Shown here: positions 53,357-62,850 of the stretch, piece by piece
Layout: each line of letters opens with the position of its first letter
Numbering within the stretch: position 1 is the stretch's first letter
DNA from: an uncultured Alphaproteobacteria bacterium
GTDB lineage: Bacteria > Pseudomonadota > Alphaproteobacteria > HIMB59 > GCA-002718135
Assembly (NCBI GenBank): GCA_902573325.1
Contig: CACGJH010000003.1
Location: forward strand, 41,592-105,591
Length of the DNA stretch: 64,000 nt
Direction: 5' to 3'
The notes under the pieces: model-generated
What the model saw: only the letters and a program-made list of their open reading frames with translations
What the model was told of the DNA's origin: nothing
The model's database searches: none
Program-made: the position numbers and the translations under genes

Positions 53357-55522
53357 TTACTCTATGCTTATTGAATTGGATGATAATGTTCCATCTTGTG
53401 TAACAAAACCTATCATACCTGTTTCAAAAGAATTATCTTTATCGTGTGTTTCAATTAATAACTTATCATCAACATAACCCAATAATTTATTTCCATTCAC
53501 TTCAAATTTTAATTCATATTCCTTATAAAACTCAAAGTTAAAATCGATTTCTTTTAATGTTTCTATTTCATAAAACATTTTATTAATCTGCAGTTTATTA
53601 TTGGAAGTAAGTTCTAAAGAGTAATATCGCTTTACTCCTTGAGATCTAATTATTAATCCTCCAGCTGATGCTAATGGAAAGTTCACTTTTGAAGTAACGG
53701 TGTAATCTTTCCAGGAAGATGATCCTTGTAAAATATGACCTCTACCAACTCCATTGATAATTTTAAATGACTCTAACCACCTATATTGCCATTTATCGAT
53801 ATCATTTACCCATGCTCTTTTCCATAATTGACCATAAAATTCTTGGTTAAAAAAATATCCATTTTTTGATGCATTTTCTATGTGTTCAGGTCTTTTAAAT
53901 GTAACTTTTGGTGTGCCCGTAATATCAAGAAAATTAATTAGTAACTTTCCTGAAGTATTAACATCTGCTGATATGACAAATCCAATTTGTCCAATTGGAT
54001 TTGCATGTGTATCTGGAACTATCCATTCAATTGATTTTACTTCATTATTTGAAAGCTCATATTCTTCAGCATCTATTTGTTTTAATTTATCTTCTTCACC
54101 CCAATATTTTATAAATAAAGTAACTTTAATATTATTTTTACTTTTTGAAATAATTTCAGTTTTAATCTTTTGTCCACTATGGACAATTGGACATCCAACA
54201 AAGTCATAGTGAAAAAATTTCTGCCGCTGAGATCCTTTTAGTTCAGTAAACCAGTCTGGAAAAAATGTATCAACATAGGCAACACTTGAATGCCCGATTG
54301 ACAAATTAGAAAAGTCAATTTCTAATGCTCTTTCACCAATCTTGGTTTCATAAGGAACATTAGTGATTGTAGTATTTAAATTATTATCATTAGTCTTATT
54401 AATTTTCCAAGCTTGAGTAGAGCCTGGCATTTCAAAATTATATCTTGCATTTTCTTTTACTATCTTGTTTTCCATACCATTAATTCGTCTAGCAATATTA
54501 ACAATATTTTGACTTTCTCTTAATGCGTCAGTCATCGTTTCAGCACCATTACTTGTTGGAAGAAAAATTGTATCATTAACTGGTGTAATATAGTCGGGTC
54601 CGTCTTTAATACTCTCTAATCCATTTTTAATTCCAAGAAAACATCCGACATTTCCTGAATTACAATCTGTGTCCCAACCTGAAGTATTTACAATCATTAA
54701 GGATTTTTGAAAGTTATCATCTCCAAATAGTAATGCTAAAATAATTAATGCATGATTTGGTACAATATGAACGCCGCCTATAAATTTTTCATAACCATAA
54801 ATATCATCTATTTTTTCTCTTGCTTGTTCCCAGTCTAGATTACCAGAACTCCAATCTTGAATATCAGATATAAGTTTAAAAATTGTTGAATCTTTAGGGA
54901 TATATCTTTTGCAATGCTCAATAATTTTTTTTGTATCTTTTTCTATAAACGCCATTGCTTCCATTGCAGCAACAACTTGAGCAGCATAAACAGATTCACC
55001 ATCATGACTTACACTTCCAGCTTTTTTTGCAAAATCAGCTGCTTGATCTGGATCACCTGGCGAAACTAATCCCCATCCATCAATAAATATTTGAGCACCT
55101 ATTTGCTCAGCAACAATTCGACCATTTGTTTTTATAGAACCACTATCTGGAGCATGAATACCTTGTTTAAGATTTTGATAAGCGGTATCTTCTGATGATG
55201 TTCCTTTACCACCCCACCATAAAACAGCTTGGTTTTCCAAACAATAATTTAACCATGTTTGACCAATTTGTTTAGAAGAAATATTTTTATTAAAATTAAA
55301 ATCTTTTAGAGCGTTGATGAATCTAAACGTTCCAGTCAAATCATCATCGGTGATTTGAACAGGCATATTTAATTTATCATTTACATAATAATTAATTGGG
55401 CCTAATTCTTTTATAATTCTATCATACCACCAACCCTCAAAAGGTCTGCCAAGATAGACACCTATGATTTTACCTAAAACTCCTGAATATACTTTCTCCT
55501 CATATTCTTTGTTAAGTTCCAT
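53357..55522 (-). CDS. ADP-ribosylglycohydrolase-family protein with long C-terminal extension (paralogue A)
   Basis: TDDDL, GWDTDCN, SVSHDGE; SD GGGAGG. Confidence 0.85.
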   Translation of the reverse strand: MELNKEYEEKVYSGVLGKIIGVYLGRPFEGWWYDRIIKELGPINYYVNDKLNMPVQITDDDLTGTFRFINALKDFNFNKNISSKQIGQTWLNYCLENQAVLWWGGKGTSSEDTAYQNLKQGIHAPDSGSIKTNGRIVAEQIGAQIFIDGWGLVSPGDPDQAADFAKKAGSVSHDGESVYAAQVVAAMEAMAFIEKDTKKIIEHCKRYIPKDSTIFKLISDIQDWSSGNLDWEQAREKIDDIYGYEKFIGGVHIVPNHALIILALLFGDDNFQKSLMIVNTSGWDTDCNSGNVGCFLGIKNGLESIKDGPDYITPVNDTIFLPTSNGAETMTDALRESQNIVNIARRINGMENKIVKENARYNFEMPGSTQAWKINKTNDNNLNTTITNVPYETKIGERALEIDFSNLSIGHSSVAYVDTFFPDWFTELKGSQRQKFFHYDFVGCPIVHSGQKIKTEIISKSKNNIKVTLFIKYWGEEDKLKQIDAEEYELSNNEVKSIEWIVPDTHANPIGQIGFVISADVNTSGKLLINFLDITGTPKVTFKRPEHIENASKNGYFFNQEFYGQLWKRAWVNDIDKWQYRWLESFKIINGVGRGHILQGSSSWKDYTVTSKVNFPLASAGGLIIRSQGVKRYYSLELTSNNKLQINKMFYEIETLKEIDFNFEFYKEYELKFEVNGNKLLGYVDDKLLIETHDKDNSFETGMIGFVTQDGTLSSNSISIE

Positions 55523-55537
55523 CTTCCTCCCATTAAA

Positions 55538-56380
55538 CTAACCTTTTGTAGCACCACTGGTTAACCCAGCGATGAATCGTCTTTGAAAAAACATAAATAA
55601 AATAGCAATTGGTGCAGCCATTAAAATAGATGCAGCGCTCACTAGTCCATAATCATTTGCAAACCTGCTTTGAAAAGCAAATAATATAGATGAAATAGGT
55701 TTATAATCATCCGTAATAATAAAGGTAATTGCAAATAAAAATTCGTTCCAAACATTTAATGATACAATTAAAGCTGTAGTTAAAAATACAGGCCAAGATA
55801 ATGGTAACGCTACTCTTGTAAATAATTGCATTGTTGAAGCTCCATCAAGTTTCGCAGCTTCAAAGAGTTCAGTTGGTAATTGAAGCATATAGGATCGAAT
55901 TAAAAAAGTTGCAAAGGGTGCATTTAAGGCACTATAAATAATAATTAACCCAATCCTTGTGTCCAGAAGATACAAGCTTTTCCACATAAGAAATAATGGT
56001 AAAATATATAATTGTGCGGGTATACTAATTCCAACTAATAGATATAAACCAACAACAACTGTTTGAATGCCTCTAGGATTTAAAGCGGCTAAACTAAATG
56101 CAGCAAGACCAGAAACTGTTAAATTTAAAATTAACGTTCCTACAACAAGAGTCATTGAGTTAAAAAATATTTGAGTATAGTTACCATTTACCCAAGCATC
56201 ATAATAATTCATCAATCTTATTTCAGATGGAAAGCCCAAAGGATTGGAACCAAATTCCTCAACAGGTTTTACAGAGTTAAAAATTAATACTAGTAATGGC
56301 AATATAATAGTTAAGGCCATAAAAAATAAAATGGAATGGTTTATATAACTAGATCTTTGTCTAAATTTTGCAGTTGCCAT
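55538..56380 (-). CDS. Carbohydrate ABC transporter permease (MalG-like)
   Basis: LPTELFEAAKLDGA EAA motif, WNEF, FQRRFIAGLTSGATKG. Confidence 0.93.
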   Translation of the reverse strand: MATAKFRQRSSYINHSILFFMALTIILPLLVLIFNSVKPVEEFGSNPLGFPSEIRLMNYYDAWVNGNYTQIFFNSMTLVVGTLILNLTVSGLAAFSLAALNPRGIQTVVVGLYLLVGISIPAQLYILPLFLMWKSLYLLDTRIGLIIIYSALNAPFATFLIRSYMLQLPTELFEAAKLDGASTMQLFTRVALPLSWPVFLTTALIVSLNVWNEFLFAITFIITDDYKPISSILFAFQSRFANDYGLVSAASILMAAPIAILFMFFQRRFIAGLTSGATKG

Positions 56381-56389
56381 TTGTAATTT

Positions 56390-57268
56390 TTATACCTCCC
56401 AACCCAAACGCCTTAGAAGTGCAAAGAAGCCAACTATTATACCCACATAGAAGAACATCATAACACCGATAGTAGATGCATAGCCAACATTCATTCGTTG
56501 AAACGCTTGAGAGTATAGATGATTAGCTACAACTTCTGAGCTATATGCTGGGCCTCCCATTGTTAAAATATAAACATAATCAAATGTTGGAACAGACCAA
56601 ATAATTATAATGATTAAAGATAATATAAAAATTGGTCTTATCATTGGTATAGTAATGTATCTAAATTTTTGAAATTTCGTTGCACCTTCAATATCTGCAG
56701 CTTCATAAAGAGACTCATCTACTTGATACATACCAGTTAAATAAATGATAACTAAGAAACCCCAGAAGTGCCACATGTCAACCCAGGCAACGGCGTATAA
56801 CGCTGTTTCTTTCATAGCAAAAGGTGATTTTGAGAGAAAATCAATACCTTGGTTTTCAAACCATCCGCCCAGTCCATGTTTTGGATGAAAGATATATCTC
56901 CAAATTAAACAATTAACTATACTTGCTAAAATATAAGGGAAAAAATAAACGAGTCTGTAAAAAAGCTGCCCTCTTTTAATTCCAGTTAAGAGATAAGCTA
57001 TGATCAAAGCGACAATTACTGGAATAGTTAAAAACATTATTGTCCATATGAAATTATGATAAACAGCCTTTTTGAAAATTCTATCCCTAAATAATTCTTC
57101 AAAATTTTCTAAACCTACATAGTTTATTTTTCCAAAACCATTCCAATCAGTTAAACATAAGAGTAAACTGAGTATAGATGGAAATGCTATAACAAAGAAA
57201 TGTATGAACAATACTGGCATTAAAAAATACCATGATATTGCGTTTATATTAGTCAAAAACTTTGGCAT
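56390..57268 (-). CDS. Carbohydrate ABC transporter permease (MalF-like)
   Basis: VGLENF, LYEAADIEGA, FRYITIP, FDYVYILT.GGP. Confidence 0.93.
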   Translation of the reverse strand: MPKFLTNINAISWYFLMPVLFIHFFVIAFPSILSLLLCLTDWNGFGKINYVGLENFEELFRDRIFKKAVYHNFIWTIMFLTIPVIVALIIAYLLTGIKRGQLFYRLVYFFPYILASIVNCLIWRYIFHPKHGLGGWFENQGIDFLSKSPFAMKETALYAVAWVDMWHFWGFLVIIYLTGMYQVDESLYEAADIEGATKFQKFRYITIPMIRPIFILSLIIIIIWSVPTFDYVYILTMGGPAYSSEVVANHLYSQAFQRMNVGYASTIGVMMFFYVGIIVGFFALLRRLGWEV

Positions 57269-57285
57269 ATTTTTTATATTTTTAA

Positions 57286-57312
57286 AATAAGGGGAATAAA
57301 ATTCCCCTTATT
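57286..57312 (-). terminator. Intercistronic stem-loop after the SBP gene (partial terminator / mRNA stabiliser)
   Basis: Perfect IR AATAAGGGGAAT-aaa-ATTCCCCTTATT between SBP and first permease. Confidence 0.7.
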
Positions 57313-57327
57313 GAAAATAAATTGGAA

Positions 57328-58656
57328 TTATCTTTTTCCAACTGGAACTAATGCATCGTCTTCACGTGCTTTGTCCCATAGTCTTTGTGATTCTTCCATG
57401 AACTCAAGCGGAGTAATATCCCCTGCCCAAACAACTTCCATATCTTTCCAAATGTGAACACCTGGATCATTAGGATAGAAAGTCCATGTCGTGTAACCAT
57501 AATTTCCAGATCCTGTAGCTTCAGCAAATTCAGTTAAGAATCTTTTTTGTCTTGGATCAATATTTGGATCAAAGTCACTGTCTTCATAATGTAGTGGCAT
57601 CAACCATGCGCCGTAGCCTAATTGACCAGTTACACTAAGAACTCTTGCTCTATCTGATAGAATCCAATCAATAACCTTTGCAGCAGCTTCAGGATTTTTA
57701 GATGCAGCATTTACTGACATTGTTCCACCTGTTGCAAGTTGATAATTTGGTCTATCTCCTGCTTGAGGATGAAGTATAGGCAAAGCAGCCCAATCCCAAT
57801 CATCAGAACTTTCAGCAAAGTTTGTAGCAGTTACATTGAAGCCCCAAGTTCCGATCATTAACATTGCTGATTCTCTGTTAACAAATTCACCATTGAAGTC
57901 GTCCCAACCTAGAGAGTAATATGTCTCTAAACCACCAGACCAATAACCATCATCGACCATGTGTTTTCTTAAAAGTTCAATTGACTCTACAAATTCTGGA
58001 TCAGTCCATTTTTTTTCACCAATTAATGCTTTGTAAACATTATCTGGTCCAGCGTAAGTGTTAAAATAGTTACCTACTAAGTGCTCGTGTGTTGGCTGCC
58101 AACCAGTAGATCCATAAGCATAAGGATTCATACCTTTAGCTTTTATTTTTGCAGCTAATGCTTCAACCTCTTCTAAATTATTAGGTAGACTCCATCCATT
58201 TTCTTCGAACAACGTTTTATTATAAAAATAAATCATTGTTTCATAGTTTTTTGGAATTGAGTATAGTTCACCATTAAACACACCTGAATTGTAAGCCCAC
58301 TCTAAAAGTTTATCTTGCCAACCATATTGATCAGCATACTCTTGCAATGATTTTACAAGTCCAGCATCTTGATAAATTTTTATGTAAGATGCACCTGGTG
58401 TATCAAAAATATCAGGACCACTTCCAGAAAGAAGAGCTGGTCTAATTGTATCGTTGATATCTTCTTTAAAAACAACTTCTAATTCAATATCATCATGTTC
58501 AGCATTAAATGCGTCAACAAAGAATTCTTGTACTACTGGGTCAGTTGTTGCATCACTTTCCATCCACCAGACTACTTTTGTAGCAGCAAACGTTGAAGTT
58601 GCAAAAAATGCAGTAAGAACAAAAGATAAGAAAAAATTAAAAATTTTATTCATCAT
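57328..58656 (-). CDS. Carbohydrate ABC transporter substrate-binding protein (CUT1)
   Basis: Signal peptide MNKIFNFFLSFVLTAFFATSTFA, SGSGPDIF, LYSIP, YNKTLFE..G..LP, MIGTW; SD GGAGGG favours start at 58656 or 58653 over 58665. Confidence 0.9.
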   Translation of the reverse strand: MMNKIFNFFLSFVLTAFFATSTFAATKVVWWMESDATTDPVVQEFFVDAFNAEHDDIELEVVFKEDINDTIRPALLSGSGPDIFDTPGASYIKIYQDAGLVKSLQEYADQYGWQDKLLEWAYNSGVFNGELYSIPKNYETMIYFYNKTLFEENGWSLPNNLEEVEALAAKIKAKGMNPYAYGSTGWQPTHEHLVGNYFNTYAGPDNVYKALIGEKKWTDPEFVESIELLRKHMVDDGYWSGGLETYYSLGWDDFNGEFVNRESAMLMIGTWGFNVTATNFAESSDDWDWAALPILHPQAGDRPNYQLATGGTMSVNAASKNPEAAAKVIDWILSDRARVLSVTGQLGYGAWLMPLHYEDSDFDPNIDPRQKRFLTEFAEATGSGNYGYTTWTFYPNDPGVHIWKDMEVVWAGDITPLEFMEESQRLWDKAREDDALVPVGKR

Positions 58657-58957
58657 TCCCTCCATTAATAGAAAAATTATACCCTAAATATGAACCCTGT
58701 AAATCTATTTATGCAAGATAATGAATAAAAAAATCAAGTAATATATATGTTTGCGGCATTTTTTTTATAGCAAAAATATCATTTGTTCCCTTATTAAATC
58801 AAAAAAATAGTTAAAGGAAAAATAAAAAACTAAAACAAAAAAAATTATTATAATTGACCATATTAAAAATTTATTCATTTTTTGTTTTTATAAAATAGAT
58901 ATTATTTAAGTATAATAAATATAAATTTTAATATATTAACAAATTTCAACTGTAATT

Positions 58958-59746
58958 ATGAAAAACAAATTATTTGATATTTGGAAGCAAGATAAGGCTT
59001 CAATAAATGCTTGGTTATCGATACCAAATTCTTTTACTGCTGAAGCCTTTGGGAAAATGGGCTGGGATTCAGTAACTATCGATATGCAGCATGGCCAGAA
59101 TGATTATTCAAGTTCAATTGCAATGATTCAAGGGTTAACTAATAGTGATACTGTACCTATGACAAGAGTTCCATGGAACGAGCCAGGTATTATTATGAAG
59201 ATGTTAGATTTAGGCATTCAAGGAATTATTGCACCAATGATTAATACTAAAGAGGACTGTGAAAAGTTTGTTTCATATTGTTATTATCCTCCAATAGGTC
59301 AAAGAAGTTTTGGTCCAATGAGAGCTCAAGTAGTTTATGGTTCAGATTACTATCAACACGCAAATGATAATATTGTAAGTTTGGCAATGATCGAAACGAA
59401 ACAAGCAGTTGAAAATTTAGATTCCATTCTTTCAGTTCCAAATTTGACTGGTATCTATATTGGGCCTGCAGACATGAGTTCTTCTTATGGCTTACCGCCT
59501 AAATTTGATGTTCGTGAAGATCCAGTATTTTCAAACATTAAAATGATTGCAAAAAAAGCAAAAGAAAAAGGAAAGATTGCAGGTATCCATAATGGATCAG
59601 TAAAGTATATGAAAGAAATGATGGAATATGGTTTTCAATTTACCACCTTACTTTCTGATTTTAGAATGATGACATCACATGCTGAAAGTTTATTAAAAGA
59701 ATTGAAAGATGTAGATACTAAATCTGATAATACTAGCGCATATTAA
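58958..59746 (+). CDS. HpcH/HpaI-family class II pyruvate aldolase
   Basis: IDMQHG, RVPWN, LDLG..GIIAPM, YPP.G.RS.GP, MIET, YIGPAD. Confidence 0.9.
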   Translation: MKNKLFDIWKQDKASINAWLSIPNSFTAEAFGKMGWDSVTIDMQHGQNDYSSSIAMIQGLTNSDTVPMTRVPWNEPGIIMKMLDLGIQGIIAPMINTKEDCEKFVSYCYYPPIGQRSFGPMRAQVVYGSDYYQHANDNIVSLAMIETKQAVENLDSILSVPNLTGIYIGPADMSSSYGLPPKFDVREDPVFSNIKMIAKKAKEKGKIAGIHNGSVKYMKEMMEYGFQFTTLLSDFRMMTSHAESLLKELKDVDTKSDNTSAY

Positions 59747-59753
59747 TTGTCGC

Positions 59754-61568
59754 TTAATTACTAACTAGATCCTCTTCCATTTTAATTAATTCAAACCATC
59801 TATTCTCTTTTGTATTGAGATCATTATTAAGAACTTCCATTTTGGAAGTTATTTCTTGATAACGTTCAAAATTTTCCAAATATAGGTTTGTATCCTTCAA
59901 TTCATTTTTAATATCTTCTAATTCTTGTTGAATATTTTTTATTTGGTTTGGTAATTGCTCTAATTCATATTGAAACTTATACGATAATTTATGTTTTGAA
60001 CTTTTTACTTTGTTGTTTTCTGAATGTGATTTTTTTGTTTCTTTATTTTTAGCAACTTGTTGATTTTCAGATTTCAAAAAATCACTATATCCTCCAAAAA
60101 ACAATGAAACATTTCCATCTTCTTTGAAATGTAAAATTTTGTTTACAGTTTGATCTAAAAAATCTCGGTCATGCGATACTATTAGTAATGTTCCATTATA
60201 ATTGGATAACATTTCAGTTAACAGATCTAGCGTCTCTAAATCTAGGTCATTTGTTGGCTCATCTAAAATAAGTCCAGTTTTGGGATTAGCTAATACTTTT
60301 GCTAAAAGTAACCTATTTTGCTCTCCTCCTGATAATGTTTGTATCGTATGATTAACATTCTTAGGATCAAACTGAAAATCTTTCACATAGCTACAAACAT
60401 GCCTATCTCTTCCTTGAACTTTTAAATAATCACCTCCAGAGGGAACTAAAATATCTTTAATTGATTTTCTTCCATTAAGATCATTACGCATCTGATCAAA
60501 ATAAGAAAATTCTAAATTTTTTTTCAACTTAATTTTACCTTTAGTAATTTTTATTTCATTAAGAATTGTACGAAGAAAAGTTGATTTACCACTCCCATTA
60601 TTCCCTAAAAGACCAATACGATCATTTTTTGAAATTTTAATAGATAAATTTTTAAAAACAAATTCACTTTGATTTGGATATTTCACAAAAACTTCTTGAA
60701 GTTCAGCAATAAACTTAGATTGATCTGCAGATTTTTTAGAAACTTGCGGTCTTAAAGATTTAATTGCACTTCTGTATGAAGCTTCATCCTTTTCTAATTG
60801 CGCTTTTAATTCTTTCGCTCTTTTTAATCTTTTTTCATTTCGCTTAACTCGCGCCTTTACTCCTTTATTTGCCCACTCTAGTTCAATATTGACAAATTGC
60901 TTTCTATTTTTCAATTCTCTATATTCTTGATCTAGTAACTCCTCTGACCATTTGTCAAAATCCTTAAATCCCCTTGGGCTTACTCGTAATTTTCCTCTAT
61001 CTATCCAAAATACTTTATTCGTGAAATTGCTTAGAAAAGTTCTATCATGACTCACACATATAATTGTCTTATTTAAATTACGTAAATAACTTTCTAGCCA
61101 TTCAATACATTGTAAATCTAGATGATTAGTTGGCTCATCTAATAACAAAACATCGGAGTCTTTTAATAAAGATCTAATTAAATAAACTTTTCTTTTTTGA
61201 CCTCCTGAAAGATCTTCAACATTAGCAAGTTTATCTAAATTGAGTTTATTGCAAAATATATCAACAAAATGTTTATTTTGTTCATTAAGTAAGTCTGAAA
61301 AATTCTCTTCAATGGTTTTGTTATCTAGTTTTTCAAATTTTTGATTAAAGTATCCAACTTTAAGACCAGGGTAATTCCATAATTCTCCTGCATCTAAATC
61401 TTGATCACCATAAATTGTTTTCATTAAGGTAGTTTTTCCTACACCATTCTTACCAACGAGTGCAATCATATCACCCTTGTGTAAATTTAGGTTTAAATCT
61501 TGAAAAATTACTTTTTTTCCAAACTTAATTTCTACTTCTCGGAGAGAAAATAATAAATCACTTGCCAC
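59754..61568 (-). CDS. uup: ABC-F family ATPase (Uup-like)
   Basis: Two ABC domains (GKNGVGKT, LSGG, DEPTNHLD; GNNGSGKS, DEPTNDLD) and KLSYK.Q.EL..LP C-terminal coiled coil. Confidence 0.88.
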   Translation of the reverse strand: MASDLLFSLREVEIKFGKKVIFQDLNLNLHKGDMIALVGKNGVGKTTLMKTIYGDQDLDAGELWNYPGLKVGYFNQKFEKLDNKTIEENFSDLLNEQNKHFVDIFCNKLNLDKLANVEDLSGGQKRKVYLIRSLLKDSDVLLLDEPTNHLDLQCIEWLESYLRNLNKTIICVSHDRTFLSNFTNKVFWIDRGKLRVSPRGFKDFDKWSEELLDQEYRELKNRKQFVNIELEWANKGVKARVKRNEKRLKRAKELKAQLEKDEASYRSAIKSLRPQVSKKSADQSKFIAELQEVFVKYPNQSEFVFKNLSIKISKNDRIGLLGNNGSGKSTFLRTILNEIKITKGKIKLKKNLEFSYFDQMRNDLNGRKSIKDILVPSGGDYLKVQGRDRHVCSYVKDFQFDPKNVNHTIQTLSGGEQNRLLLAKVLANPKTGLILDEPTNDLDLETLDLLTEMLSNYNGTLLIVSHDRDFLDQTVNKILHFKEDGNVSLFFGGYSDFLKSENQQVAKNKETKKSHSENNKVKSSKHKLSYKFQYELEQLPNQIKNIQQELEDIKNELKDTNLYLENFERYQEITSKMEVLNNDLNTKENRWFELIKMEEDLVSN

Positions 61569-61741
61569 GAATTAAAGTCTTATATAATTTTATAATAAAC
61601 AACTATAAAATCTAATATCATAAATATTATAAACAAAATTGCGACTCTAAGTAGAGACCATTGACCTTTAGGGAAAATATATTCAAAAAATTTCATAATT
61701 AACTCTATAATTGATTTTTTGAATGAAGAAAATTTAAATTA

Positions 61742-61757
61742 GCGGGCAAATGCCCGC
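61742..61757 (-). terminator. Probable terminator hairpin
   Basis: GCGGGCA-aa-TGCCCGC immediately after the 61762 stop, followed by T-rich tract on the minus strand. Confidence 0.6.
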
Positions 61758-61761
61758 ATAA

Positions 61762-62130
61762 TTATGATCTACTATAAATGTAAAAAGCTAACGTAAATAA
61801 AGCAGTTAAAACAACATTTACATACGGTGTAGCACCAGCAATAACTCCTGTTACAATATGGAATAAGATAATCCCAGTAAATAAAAGACTACCAAAAGCA
61901 AATAACATTCCAATTGATTTCAGATTTTCTGCAGCAATATCAGGAAATCTCCAGCTCCAAATACCAACTACAAAAAGCACAACTCCTGTAAACTGACCAA
62001 ATGTAATTAAATCTGGCGTAGCTTCCCAACCAGTACCAAGTGCAATCCAAATTGATCCCAAAAATAATGAGCCTAACCCATTAACTATTAATACAACACC
62101 TTGAATTTTGAAAAGTAAACTAAGATTCAT
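61762..62130 (-). CDS. Hypothetical 4-TM membrane protein
   Basis: Four hydrophobic segments; strong SD AAGGAGG; own terminator. Confidence 0.75.
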   Translation of the reverse strand: MNLSLLFKIQGVVLIVNGLGSLFLGSIWIALGTGWEATPDLITFGQFTGVVLFVVGIWSWRFPDIAAENLKSIGMLFAFGSLLFTGIILFHIVTGVIAGATPYVNVVLTALFTLAFYIYSRS

Positions 62131-62218
62131 TTATCCTCCTTCAAATATTAAGAACTAAATATTAAAGATAAAGATTCTGTAAAAACTTTTTGTATTAATT
62201 TATAATACTAAAAAATCA

Positions 62219-62824
62219 TTATTTTTCATTTAATCGTAACCATTTAATACAATCTTCAAGTCTATCATCACCCCAGAATACTTCCCTTCCATCGTATATA
62301 AATGTAGGACTTCCAAAAACTCCTTTTTTATAAGCATATTCTGTATTGCTTAAGTATTGATCTTTTATTTCCTGATCGTTTGCTTTTTTTAAGGTCTCAT
62401 CAGCATCTAAATTAAGCTCTTGAAAAATTTCATTTAAATTTGGCTGAGTAGCTGGTTCTTTGCCTTGCTGAAACCATCGTTGATATGTTTTATAAACGTA
62501 GTCAACACCCCAACCCTCATTCATTCCAAGAATGGCAATTTGATTTGCTAAATCAAATTCTTTTAAAGGATAAGGAGCAGGAACCTTAGCTTCAAAACCG
62601 TAAAATTGTGCTCGTCTATCTATATCTCTCCACATGTAATCTGATTTTATTTTTTTAGCTGGCGGCGTGAATGGAATATTATCCATATCCATCATAATTT
62701 TTCGAACACTGAAAGGGTGCCAATTGAATTTGATATTTTCTTTTTTTGCTACATCATGCAATCTATTAACTGTTAAATAAGTATATGTACTGCCAATAGA
62801 AAACCAAAAATTTATTTCTTTCAT
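62219..62824 (-). CDS. 2-hydroxychromene-2-carboxylate isomerase / kappa-class GST (DsbA-like)
   Basis: FWFSIGSTYTYL, YMWRD..RRA, GVFGSPTF, FWGDDRL. Confidence 0.88.
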   Translation of the reverse strand: MKEINFWFSIGSTYTYLTVNRLHDVAKKENIKFNWHPFSVRKIMMDMDNIPFTPPAKKIKSDYMWRDIDRRAQFYGFEAKVPAPYPLKEFDLANQIAILGMNEGWGVDYVYKTYQRWFQQGKEPATQPNLNEIFQELNLDADETLKKANDQEIKDQYLSNTEYAYKKGVFGSPTFIYDGREVFWGDDRLEDCIKWLRLNEK

Positions 62825-62850
62825 AAAGAATCCTTCTAAACTATTTTTTT

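Noticed and set aside
46767-55522. ARH genes as DraG nitrogenase regulators or anti-toxin/anti-phage immunity array
   Set aside because: No draT, nif, ADP-ribosyltransferase toxin or defence genes nearby; proteins are twice DraG length and sit inside a sugar-uptake operon
46767-55522. Tandem paralogues as assembly duplication or diversity-generating retroelement targets
   Set aside because: Copies differ throughout at synonymous and amino-acid level; no reverse transcriptase or adenine-specific template repeat seen
58751-58773. TTGC-N15-GCAA in the SBP/aldolase spacer as an operator
   Set aside because: Too short and degenerate in AT-rich DNA and no cognate regulator in the window
59754-61568. 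uup as the missing ATPase of the sugar ABC transporter
   Set aside because: It is a twin-domain ABC-F protein with Uup C-terminus, not a MalK-type transport ATPase
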